DNA of 45,827 nt from Acidobacteriaceae bacterium (GTDB lineage Bacteria; Acidobacteriota; Terriglobia; Terriglobales; Acidobacteriaceae): NCBI GenBank assembly GCA_030040655.1, contig JASHTH010000467.1:1-45827 (forward strand), read 5' to 3'. The position numbers and the translations under genes were made by a program. Below the pieces are notes generated by a model, which was not told the DNA's origin, did no database searches, and saw only the letters and a list, made by a program, of their open reading frames with translations. Shown here piece by piece: positions 35,567 to 44,009 of the stretch (the stretch's first letter is position 1; each line of letters opens with the position of its first letter).

Positions 35567-38293
35567 ATGCGCGCCCAAGAAAAACAGGCACCCCACAATA
35601 ACCAGGGCTCCGCCAAGCGCGAGTCCGCCATGCCGCTCTTCCATGCCGCATGGCTCTTCGCCGCCGGTATTGCCGCAACGCAATGGCTCTCGCTGCGTCC
35701 CAGTTATACGCTGATCGCCTTGCCGTTCATCTCTGCGCTCTGCGTACTGGCCGCAATCCGCGCGCAGCGCATGGTGTGGCTTCCATTATCCGTATTGTGG
35801 CTCCTCCTCGGCGCTTGGTGCGCGCAAATAGAGCCTCATCCAGTGCCCGTGCGGCGGCTTGCCGCACTTTCTGACGGCTTGCTGCGTACGGTGGAAGGCG
35901 TGGTGGTCGATATCGGTCCCGTCCGCACCGAGATGGAACAGAATGTGGACGAGCCTTCAGTCGTCGCCCCCTCGCAACGCCTCGACATCCGCATTGCCAC
36001 CCTGGAAGTCGTCACCGACGACTCCGACGAGCAAGCGCCGGCGGATGGCCGCGTCCGGTTGACGGTTCGCTGGCCCAATGCGGCTGCCGGCGGAGGCTTT
36101 TCCGGCCTTCAGCCGTTTCGCTGCGGCGATCGGATTCGCGCCGTCGTGCGCCTGCTGCCGCCGGAGACGTACCACGATCCAGGTGCGTGGAGCCGCGCCG
36201 ACTATCTTCTCGACCAGGGCATCACTTCGACGGCGACGGTAAGCATCGACCGCATCGAACGAATTGGCGGCGATCGCGATGCCTTCACCGCCTGCCGCGT
36301 CGGTGCACTTCAGCATCTGGCGTCTTCGCGCCTTCTGGCGCTGCCGGCAGCCATGCGCGGGCTGCCTGCCCCGCTTCGCCTCGGCGAAGACGACGCCGTC
36401 ATGCTGGGCGCGATGATCGCCGGCGACCGCACCTATCTCGATCGCTCGCTTCGCATCGGATTCGAGCGCACAGGCTCCTTTCACATGCTGGTTATCTCCG
36501 GGCTGCATCTGGCCATCGTCGCCGGCTGCGTTTTCTGGCTGGCCCGACGGCTCAGGCTGGGGCGAGTTTCCGCCACGCTCATCACCATCGTGGCCTCATT
36601 CGCCTATGCGCTGTTCACGGGCTTCGCCACGCCTGTGCAGCGTTCCCTGTGGATGGTTGCCCTGTATCTGCTGGGCCGCATCATTTACCGCCGGCGCAAC
36701 GCCATGAATACGATAGGCTTTGCCGCGCTGTGCCTTCTAACGCTCAGCCCGCGCAGTCTTTTCGATGCCAGTTTTCAAATGACCTTGCTTGCCGTAGTGG
36801 CGATCGCCGGCATTGCCGCGCCACTGCTCGAAAAATCGTTACATCCGTTCCTCGGCGCCACGCGGGATCTGCGTCTCTTCGCCATCGATCCCAGCCTCGA
36901 TCCCAAAGTCGCGCAGTTCCGCTGCCTGCTGCGTCTCGCCGCCGAAGCCATCGACCTTCGCGTCGAAGGACGGCCCATCAGCCAATGGCGTGAGCGAATT
37001 GCCTGGCGAGTGCTTCCCTGGAGCATTCGCACCGGCATTCGCATCGTCGAGCTGGTCGTCGTCTCCATCGTGGTCGAACTGGCCATGACGTTGCCCATGG
37101 CCATTTACTTTCATCGCATCACGATCTTCGCCCTGCCCGTGAACCTGTTCGTCCTTCCCTTGCTTGCTGTGCTTGTGCCAACCGCGCTCCTCACATTGCT
37201 GGTCGCGCTCCTTTGGCCAGCAGCGGCAATTCTTCCGGCCATTTTGACCGCAATCCCACTGCATTTCGCCGTCTGGCTTGTGCGCGTCTTCGGCTCGCTC
37301 AGGATGGGTGATTTCCGAACTCCGTCGCCGCTTCTCTGGCAGTCCCTCGCTTTCGTTGTGCTCCTCGGTGCGGCGACGCTTCTGGCGCGGTCCGGTGAAT
37401 GGCAGCGCCGCGCTGCATGGGCCGCGCTCGTTCTTGCCGCATTTGCGGCCGTCGTGCCGCGGCCGATCGACCGCCCCCGCAATGCGCTGTTGATGGAGGC
37501 CATCGACGTTGGCCAGGGCGATTCCTTGCTCGTCATTACGCCGGATGGAAAGACCCTGCTCATCGACGGCGGTGGATTCGGCGGCGGGCCGCGCCAGGCG
37601 CCGCAGGAGTTCGACATCGGCGAGGAGGTCGTATCGCCGGCGCTCTGGGCGCGCGGCATTCGCCGGCTCGACGTTGTCGCACTGAGTCATGCCCACTCCG
37701 ATCACATGGGCGGGCTGCCCGCCGTGCTGCGCAATTTCCGTCCCGCCGAGTTATGGGTCGGCAACAATCCCGACGTTGCCTCGTATCGCGCGTTGCTCGC
37801 CGAAGCTGCCGCCCTTCACATCAGCCTGCGCTCATTCCGCGCGGGAGATGCTTTTTCGTTCGGCGTCACGCAAATCTCCGTCCTCGCGCCGTTCGCCGGC
37901 TATCAGCCCGGACTCGAACCTGCAAATAACGACTCGCTGGTGCTGCGCGTGGCCTATCGCCAGACTTCGCTTCTTCTCGAAGGCGACGCGGAAGCGCCGA
38001 TCGAGCAGGCGATGCTCGCCGAGCCCGGGCTGGCCAGCACTCTGCTCAAAGTGGGCCATCACGGCAGCATTACGTCCACGCGGCCAGAGTTTCTGGCTCG
38101 CGTAACGCCACAATGGGCCGTCATCTCCTGCGGACTGCACAATCGCTACGGCCATCCGCGCGGCGAGGTGCTCGCGGAGTTGCAGGCCGCACGGGTGCGC
38201 ACCTTCCGCACCGATCTGAACGGCGCGTCATGCTTCGTGCTTGACGGAAAGGCCGTCACGGCCGAGCCGCTTTGCGCCGGTCGATTTCCGTGA
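35567..38293 (+). CDS. comEC: DNA internalization competence protein ComEC/Rec2
   Basis: Competence domain HMLVISGLHLA, SFQMTL; metallo-beta-lactamase domain IDVGQGDS, SHAHSDHMGG, NNDSLVL, GDAE, KVGHHGS, NRYGHP; start 35567 or 35630. Confidence 0.93.
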   Translation: MRAQEKQAPHNNQGSAKRESAMPLFHAAWLFAAGIAATQWLSLRPSYTLIALPFISALCVLAAIRAQRMVWLPLSVLWLLLGAWCAQIEPHPVPVRRLAALSDGLLRTVEGVVVDIGPVRTEMEQNVDEPSVVAPSQRLDIRIATLEVVTDDSDEQAPADGRVRLTVRWPNAAAGGGFSGLQPFRCGDRIRAVVRLLPPETYHDPGAWSRADYLLDQGITSTATVSIDRIERIGGDRDAFTACRVGALQHLASSRLLALPAAMRGLPAPLRLGEDDAVMLGAMIAGDRTYLDRSLRIGFERTGSFHMLVISGLHLAIVAGCVFWLARRLRLGRVSATLITIVASFAYALFTGFATPVQRSLWMVALYLLGRIIYRRRNAMNTIGFAALCLLTLSPRSLFDASFQMTLLAVVAIAGIAAPLLEKSLHPFLGATRDLRLFAIDPSLDPKVAQFRCLLRLAAEAIDLRVEGRPISQWRERIAWRVLPWSIRTGIRIVELVVVSIVVELAMTLPMAIYFHRITIFALPVNLFVLPLLAVLVPTALLTLLVALLWPAAAILPAILTAIPLHFAVWLVRVFGSLRMGDFRTPSPLLWQSLAFVVLLGAATLLARSGEWQRRAAWAALVLAAFAAVVPRPIDRPRNALLMEAIDVGQGDSLLVITPDGKTLLIDGGGFGGGPRQAPQEFDIGEEVVSPALWARGIRRLDVVALSHAHSDHMGGLPAVLRNFRPAELWVGNNPDVASYRALLAEAAALHISLRSFRAGDAFSFGVTQISVLAPFAGYQPGLEPANNDSLVLRVAYRQTSLLLEGDAEAPIEQAMLAEPGLASTLLKVGHHGSITSTRPEFLARVTPQWAVISCGLHNRYGHPRGEVLAELQAARVRTFRTDLNGASCFVLDGKAVTAEPLCAGRFP

Positions 38294-38394
38294 GGCTGCT
38301 GATCCGCACTGGCTCGTTCAATTTGCGCAAAGACAATTCGGGCGCCCCGCGAGGTGCCCGACTCAAAAGAAAAGCACTTGACTCGAGGAGCGCG

Positions 38395-39273
38395 TCACCA
38401 GGTGAGCAGCACCGCGCCGCTCGCGCCACCTTGGGCTGTACCCGTCGTTGAACCGGCGCCACCCTCGCCGAAATCGGTGCCGTTTGGAGCCAGTTGTACA
38501 CCGTTCGGGTTCACCGAGTTGCCGTTGCCGCCGGAAAGGCCGGGCGATGCGAAAAGGTCTTCGGCATTCGTGTCGGCGGTGCCGCCGGCGCCTCCAGTGC
38601 CCGCCGCGCCCTCGGTTCCGCCGGCTGCGACCACCCCGGCGGTGCCAGCGGCATTCTCGAAGATGGAAGGCAGTCCCGAGGTCCCAAACTCCGGTACCCC
38701 GATCCCTCCTGCGCCCACCGTGATTGTGTATTGTTCACCCGGGGTGACCGCGAACAGGGCTTTGGTGTAAGCGCCGCCCCCGCCCTGCCCTCCTGTCGGC
38801 GTGCCCGCAATTAAGAAACCAGCTCCTCCTCCACCCCCGCCGACACACTCAACCATGACGTGAGTGATGGTCGGCGGAGCCGTCCAGGTCCCGCTCGCGG
38901 TGAAAAGCTGCGCGCCGTTGAAGCCGCCCGGACCTTGCGCTCCAGTTGCTCCCGTGGCGCCGGTGGCGCCGCGCAGACCGGCAGGACCTGTTGCGCCGGT
39001 AGCGCCGCGTTTGCCTTGGATTCCCTGCGGTCCCTTGGGTCCCACCGGGCCTTGCTGGTTCCAGGTAAGGGCAGTTTCGGTCGTTGCATTGCATGCAGTG
39101 GCGCTGGCCACAATACGAACTGTTCCCTTGCTCTTGTTGACACAGATATGGATCTCGCTGGCCGAGGCAGCCAGGCTTGCGGTTCCCGTCACAATCGACA
39201 ACACCAAGACAACACGCCTTATGGAGAACACAGGCAACCTCCGGGGATGAGTTTTGGAATGCGCAGCCATCAT
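38395..39273 (-). CDS. Secreted collagen-like protein with C-terminal glycine-rich domain
   Basis: Signal peptide, small two-Cys domain, 14 consecutive G-X-Y triplets, then [10 protein letters not shown]...[10 protein letters not shown] Gly-rich domain. Confidence 0.8.
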   Translation of the reverse strand: MMAAHSKTHPRRLPVFSIRRVVLVLSIVTGTASLAASASEIHICVNKSKGTVRIVASATACNATTETALTWNQQGPVGPKGPQGIQGKRGATGATGPAGLRGATGATGATGAQGPGGFNGAQLFTASGTWTAPPTITHVMVECVGGGGGGAGFLIAGTPTGGQGGGGAYTKALFAVTPGEQYTITVGAGGIGVPEFGTSGLPSIFENAAGTAGVVAAGGTEGAAGTGGAGGTADTNAEDLFASPGLSGGNGNSVNPNGVQLAPNGTDFGEGGAGSTTGTAQGGASGAVLLTW

Positions 39274-39296
39274 AGCAGGGCCCAGGATCTGGGGTG

Positions 39297-39438
39297 AGGG
39301 TTCAGGGAACAGGGTTAGAGAACAGGGAATAGTGATTAGGAATTAGGGGAAGAGTATAGGGATCACGGGGCGTGTACCGGGCAAACGACTGACACTGACC
39401 GTCGTTCTCTGATCGCTGTTCTCTGTTCTCTGACCGCT
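39297..39438. repeat. Second degenerate heptamer array with fold-back symmetry
   Basis: agggttc agggaac ... agagaac agggaat ... agggatc (39297-39364) and complementary gttctct gatcgct gttctct gttctct gaccgct (39404-39438). Confidence 0.78.
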
Positions 39439-39443
39439 GCTGT

Positions 39444-41261
39444 CTAGTAGCGCAATCCCAGCCTCAAGGGAAACTCTTCTTCGTCGTCTTCGAGAGCCCG
39501 CGAATCGCTGTGCTTTTGTGTCATGTGCCGATGCAACTCTCGCAGAAACAGGTGCGCTAGCGCAAAACCGGCCGTGGCGACGATGAAGTTCCATCTGCTT
39601 TGCTCGATCCACGGCTCTGCCGCGACCGGGAAGCCGGAAACGACGGGAATGACGAGGAGATACTTCCACACCGTGAACGCGAAGTTCGATTCGCCGGGCG
39701 GGCGCTCGCCGGTGAAGGCGATCTCGCGCACATTGAGGAAGAAGATATCGTTCAGCAGCAGGCACATTCCTGCCGCAACCAGGCACTGCGCCGCTACCGC
39801 CGGCCGGATCAGGAGCTCCGGCGGGGAAATGGCGTGAAAAACGGCTAAAGCCGAGAAGGTCACAGCCATGGCGGCAAGCAGAACCCACACCTTCGCGGCC
39901 AGCAACTGCTCAATAGCCGCGTGAAACGGCGCAGGCTTGCCGTGCACGATGCGGAAGATCCAACTGCCGAGCCGGTTGCCGGGCGACACAAACGAAATGC
40001 GCAGGCCGGCGATGGTCCAGAACGCCACAATCCCTACCGCCGCGCGAGTACCTTCGCCGGAGACCGCCATGCGAACCGCTCCGTGTTCGCTGGTAAAGCG
40101 AAGCACAGTAGCCACCACCACCGAGAGCCCGACTCCGCCGTAAAGAACCAGGTAGATGCGATAGCGCGGAACCCGCGCAATGGTCTGACCAATGAAGTGA
40201 AAGACGGCACGGCGGACGGGCGAACGAACGAAGGTGAGGTGAAGCAGCCAATCGAAAGGCAATCCCGCGTGCCTGCGCGCGGATTTCGCGCCGGGTCCCT
40301 CGATCAATTGGCGCACCTGGCGCTTGTAGGCGAACGGATACGCCAGCACAACCAACAACGTGGCAATCAGTGTCGCCGCGCATCCGATCTCGGCAAGATG
40401 CGTATAGATCGGTAACGCCGAGGCTCCGTCAAGAAGCCGCTGGTAGATCCCCAGAAACCAGAACGGAGGAATCGCGAGGGCATAGACGCTGCCCGTTTGA
40501 AGCAGCGCCGGCACCACGCCGGAATACACCGGGAAGAGCAGCAGCAGCACGAGCAGCGCGGCGATGGCGAAACCCTGCGCGGCGAGAGAGAACTTGCGAA
40601 AGAGCCGTTCGCCAAATGCGGCGAGAAGCACGCTCTGCAAAGCCAGGATGAACGCCGCCGCAAAAAAAGCGCTGCCCAACACTGCCAACACATGACCGGC
40701 AAGGAAGCGCATTAGATTCGGCGGATCGGTGGCCGCGGGCAAGACCAGCGGCGGAAGAAAGTTCGCATCGAAGAGAAATCCGCCGACGAAAACAGCGATC
40801 GCGGCAACGCGGGCGCGAAAGATGCGCCCCTCCGCGATCGGTAGCGGCCCGAGCACAAAGAGGTCGAGCAGATCGGGAAAGAACAGATCCCACTCGAAGA
40901 CGCTGGCAATGCCCATGGAGACGAAGGCATAGACGACGAAGAAGAAGTGATGATTCACCTGCAACCAATACGGCGGCCTGCCGGCGCCCGGCGGCCATAA
41001 GGGGTGATAGACCGGCCACAGGTAGAGCGACACCACGAAGGGCGGCAGGCCCGCGGAGCAAGCGATCAGAACCAGGCGGCTCTTTGCATCGCCCTCCGGC
41101 GAAGCGGTCTCATGATGGAAGAATCGCTCCAGAAAATGCGCAAGCAGGTGCGCGAACTGGCTGCGCTCGGGCGCGCGCACCTCGCCGCGGGCGGCCTGCT
41201 CGTTCAACGGCAGGACTTCTGTTTCCGCCATCATGAAGAGGCGCTGAAACGTATCACCCAT
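39444..41261 (-). CDS. Polytopic membrane protein, probable ABC exporter permease
   Basis: About 12 hydrophobic segments in two halves; overlaps the upstream ABC ATPase stop by 8 bp. Confidence 0.78.
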   Translation of the reverse strand: MGDTFQRLFMMAETEVLPLNEQAARGEVRAPERSQFAHLLAHFLERFFHHETASPEGDAKSRLVLIACSAGLPPFVVSLYLWPVYHPLWPPGAGRPPYWLQVNHHFFFVVYAFVSMGIASVFEWDLFFPDLLDLFVLGPLPIAEGRIFRARVAAIAVFVGGFLFDANFLPPLVLPAATDPPNLMRFLAGHVLAVLGSAFFAAAFILALQSVLLAAFGERLFRKFSLAAQGFAIAALLVLLLLFPVYSGVVPALLQTGSVYALAIPPFWFLGIYQRLLDGASALPIYTHLAEIGCAATLIATLLVVLAYPFAYKRQVRQLIEGPGAKSARRHAGLPFDWLLHLTFVRSPVRRAVFHFIGQTIARVPRYRIYLVLYGGVGLSVVVATVLRFTSEHGAVRMAVSGEGTRAAVGIVAFWTIAGLRISFVSPGNRLGSWIFRIVHGKPAPFHAAIEQLLAAKVWVLLAAMAVTFSALAVFHAISPPELLIRPAVAAQCLVAAGMCLLLNDIFFLNVREIAFTGERPPGESNFAFTVWKYLLVIPVVSGFPVAAEPWIEQSRWNFIVATAGFALAHLFLRELHRHMTQKHSDSRALEDDEEEFPLRLGLRY

Positions 41262-42027
41262 GGGCGATCTGCATCACCTCCACAATTTCCCTTGCCGTCG
41301 AGATGGTGTCGGGTTGTTGCACGAGTTGCGCGAAGGCGCTTTCCAGGCTGTGCAGGCTCATCACTCGCTTCAGCTCTGTCGGCGGAGCATCGGCGAGGAT
41401 GCGCCCTTTGGCGATCACCACCACGCGGCTGCATACCTGCTCCACCGTTTCGAGCACATGCGAGATGTAAAGCACCGCCTTGCCCTGCGCTGCCAGCAGC
41501 TCCAACAGGTCCTTGAAGAGCCGCGAGGAGACCACGTCGAGCCCGGAGAGCGGCTCGTCGAATATGAGCAGCGCGGGGTCATGCAGCAGCGCCGCGGCGA
41601 TCAACACCCGCTGCCGCATGCCCTTCGAGTACACCGATATCGGTGAGTGCTGCCACGACTCAAGCTGAAGAAGCCTGAGCAGGCCGGTCGCTTTCGCTTC
41701 GATGAGCTCTTCGCTCATGCCCCGCAGGCGGCCGACGAGCTGCAAGTATTCGAGTCCGGAGAGATAGGTGTAAAGATGCGCGTCTTCGGGCACGTAGCCG
41801 ATCCGCGCGCGAAAGGCGATCATGTCGTGGCGGATGTCGCGCCCGTCGAAGAGCACGCGCCCGTCGTTGGGCCGCAACATGCCGGTGATGATTTTCACCG
41901 TGGTCGATTTGCCGGCGCCGTTGGGACCGAGGAAGCCGACGATCTCGCCCGGCGCCACTTTGAAGCTGACGTCTTCGATGGCGGGAATGCCGCGATAGCT
42001 GCGGTAAAGATGTTCCAGCTCGAGCAT
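41254..42027 (-). CDS. ABC transporter ATP-binding protein (ABC-2/exporter type)
   Basis: Walker A GPNGAGKST, signature YSKGM, Walker B LLIFDEP, H-loop YISH; start 42027 (alt. 42045). Confidence 0.95.
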   Translation of the reverse strand: MLELEHLYRSYRGIPAIEDVSFKVAPGEIVGFLGPNGAGKSTTVKIITGMLRPNDGRVLFDGRDIRHDMIAFRARIGYVPEDAHLYTYLSGLEYLQLVGRLRGMSEELIEAKATGLLRLLQLESWQHSPISVYSKGMRQRVLIAAALLHDPALLIFDEPLSGLDVVSSRLFKDLLELLAAQGKAVLYISHVLETVEQVCSRVVVIAKGRILADAPPTELKRVMSLHSLESAFAQLVQQPDTISTAREIVEVMQIAHG

Positions 42028-42068
42028 CGGAAGACCCCGCTTCACCGGCCGGATTCCGGCGCATGTAT

Positions 42069-42123
42069 TACCCTATGTAGCATTCGGCATATGCGCTTGT
42101 CAAGTAGGATGCTACATAGGGTA
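42069..42123. promoter_or_regulatory. Divergent promoter region with perfect 15-bp inverted repeat (putative PadR operator)
   Basis: taccctatgtagcat (42069-42083)/atgctacatagggta (42109-42123); central cttgtcaag reads TTGACA on minus strand; TACAAT at 42122-42127 just before padR ATG. Confidence 0.7.
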
Positions 42124-42132
42124 CAATGCGCT

Positions 42133-42450
42133 ATGGCTTCCGAGGCCAAGCTTTCGCACACGGCGGCGATGATCCTGCAGGCGATCCACGCCGGCTGCAT
42201 CTACGGCTTCGGCATCATGGAGATGACGGGCCTGCCCAGCGGCACCGTCTATCCTGCGATGCGGCGCCTGGAGCGCGATGCGCTCATCCGCTCGCAGTGG
42301 GAGCGCCAGTCGATCGCCGACGCCGAGCAGCGTCCGCCGAGAAAGTACTACAGGCTCACCGCGGCGGGCCGGGCTACGCTCGAGTCCTCGCGCAAGCGCT
42401 ATCCGCTGCTCGAGCGCCTGATCCCGTCCGAGGAGGCTAAGCCGGTATGA
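42133..42450 (+). CDS. PadR family transcriptional regulator
   Basis: YGFGIMEMTGLPSGTVYPAMRRLERDALIRSQWE...RPPRKYYRLTAAGR winged-HTH signature; C-terminal part of ORF 41647..42450. Confidence 0.92.
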   Translation: MASEAKLSHTAAMILQAIHAGCIYGFGIMEMTGLPSGTVYPAMRRLERDALIRSQWERQSIADAEQRPPRKYYRLTAAGRATLESSRKRYPLLERLIPSEEAKPV

Positions 42451-43952
42451 AGCCTCGACTGGGATCTGTCTTCCCCGCATTGCATCTGGGCCTTTTGCGC
42501 GCGGCGGCTCTACTCGTGCCGCCGAGCCAATGCGTCGAGTGGCAACGGGAGTGGCGCTCGGAGCTGTGGCATGTCCGGCGTGAGCGCGCGCCGCAAGGCA
42601 TCGTCTCGTGGCGCGCCGAACGCGAGGTCACGCTCTTTTGCCTGGGCGCATTTCACGACGCGCTCTGCCTGCGGCGACACGCGTTGCTTCGCTTGCGGCT
42701 GCCCGGCGCGACGCCCGCTTCGCCGGCATACTGCATCTTTTGGCTGGCTCTGGCCCTCGTCGCAAGCTTCGCATTGTCGCTGCTCTTGCCGGGCGTGCGC
42801 GCCGCCAATGAGTCAGTGCGCGCCCAGACCGATCCTGGCCTGATTCTCATCGAGCATGCGGTTACCGGCGGGAATTCGTTAGCCACTGTCTCCGCCGCGG
42901 AATTCCGCAATTGGCGATCGCGCCGCCAACGCTACTTCGACCGGTTTGCGTTCTACAGCATCGCTCGCGAGAACATCATGCCGGCGGAAGGCGGTTCGCC
43001 TTGGACAGTGGCTCACGCGACCGCGAATCTCTTTTCCGTGCTCGACATCCCCTTGCGTTTTTCCGCGCCGGTCGCCGGCGTCCACGGCAACCCGACCGGC
43101 GCAGTCCTCAGTTGCGAAGCCTTTGAGCGCGAATTCGACTCGAATCCGCGCATTGCGGGAAGCATGGTACAGGTCGGGCGGCATTTGGCGCAGATCGTTG
43201 GCGTCGCACCATGCGGCGCTTGGCCGCTGCCCGGCAAAGTGGATCTTTGGTTGCTTGAGCCGGAGGCCGCGGTCGCTCCCGGCGCCATGGGGTATGTCGT
43301 GGCGCATCTGACCGCGCTCGGCCGGGCAGAGATGTTCGGGCCGACGGTGGCCATCACCGTGTACGGCGCGGGCGATTCCGCCATCGATCTCTTCGGAGTC
43401 GAACTCGAGGGCCGCACGCGCGTACCCATGGATGTCTTTCGCTTCGCCCTCCTGCTCGCTTTCCTCTGCCTTCCCGCCGTTACGTCGGTTTCGATGGGAG
43501 AGTACAACTTTAACTCCCACAAGCCGTCGTGGCCGCGGCGACTCTGCCGCTGGAGCTTTCTCTGCGCCAAGATCGCGCTCCTGTTGCCCATCGTCTACTA
43601 CGTGCCGCTCGATCTGGCCTGGTGGCACATCTCAACCTCGTCGTACGCGTCGGAATATGTGCAGTGGATCGCGTCGTTTTTGCTCTGCCTGTTTGGCATG
43701 CGCTGGGTGCTGCTCGACCAGCGCCAGCGCTGCCCGGTCTGCCTGCGGCGCGTCACCCATCCCGCGCAGGTGGGCCACGCGTCCCGGATGTTTCTCTCCT
43801 GGAACGGCACAGAGCTGATCTGCATGGGCGGCCACACGCTGCTGCACGTTCCGGGATTGCCGACCAGCTGGTTCAGCGCGCAGCGCTGGCTTTATCTCGA
43901 CTCCTCGTGGGATTTCCTGTTTGCCGGTTCCAGCCAGTCCGGCAGGACTTGA
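42447..43952 (+). CDS. PadR-coupled membrane protein (N-terminal helical prefix, MacB-like periplasmic segment, C-terminal TMs and Cys/His motif)
   Basis: ATGA overlap with padR; EWQREWRSELWH prefix; ANLFSVLDIP..AVLSCEAFEREFDSNPRIAG...IVGVAP (MacB/ADOP periplasmic-like); C-terminal CPVC...CMGGHTLLH. Confidence 0.72.
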   Translation: MKPRLGSVFPALHLGLLRAAALLVPPSQCVEWQREWRSELWHVRRERAPQGIVSWRAEREVTLFCLGAFHDALCLRRHALLRLRLPGATPASPAYCIFWLALALVASFALSLLLPGVRAANESVRAQTDPGLILIEHAVTGGNSLATVSAAEFRNWRSRRQRYFDRFAFYSIARENIMPAEGGSPWTVAHATANLFSVLDIPLRFSAPVAGVHGNPTGAVLSCEAFEREFDSNPRIAGSMVQVGRHLAQIVGVAPCGAWPLPGKVDLWLLEPEAAVAPGAMGYVVAHLTALGRAEMFGPTVAITVYGAGDSAIDLFGVELEGRTRVPMDVFRFALLLAFLCLPAVTSVSMGEYNFNSHKPSWPRRLCRWSFLCAKIALLLPIVYYVPLDLAWWHISTSSYASEYVQWIASFLLCLFGMRWVLLDQRQRCPVCLRRVTHPAQVGHASRMFLSWNGTELICMGGHTLLHVPGLPTSWFSAQRWLYLDSSWDFLFAGSSQSGRT

Positions 43953-44009
43953 TCCTCCTCGGATCAACCCCTCTCGGCTTCGGCAGAGTTCTGGCGCCCT
44001 GAGAGCGCA

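Noticed and set aside
38395-39273. Prophage remnant suggested by the collagen/Gly-rich protein
   Set aside because: No integrase, structural or lysis genes nearby, and the protein has a Sec-type signal peptide
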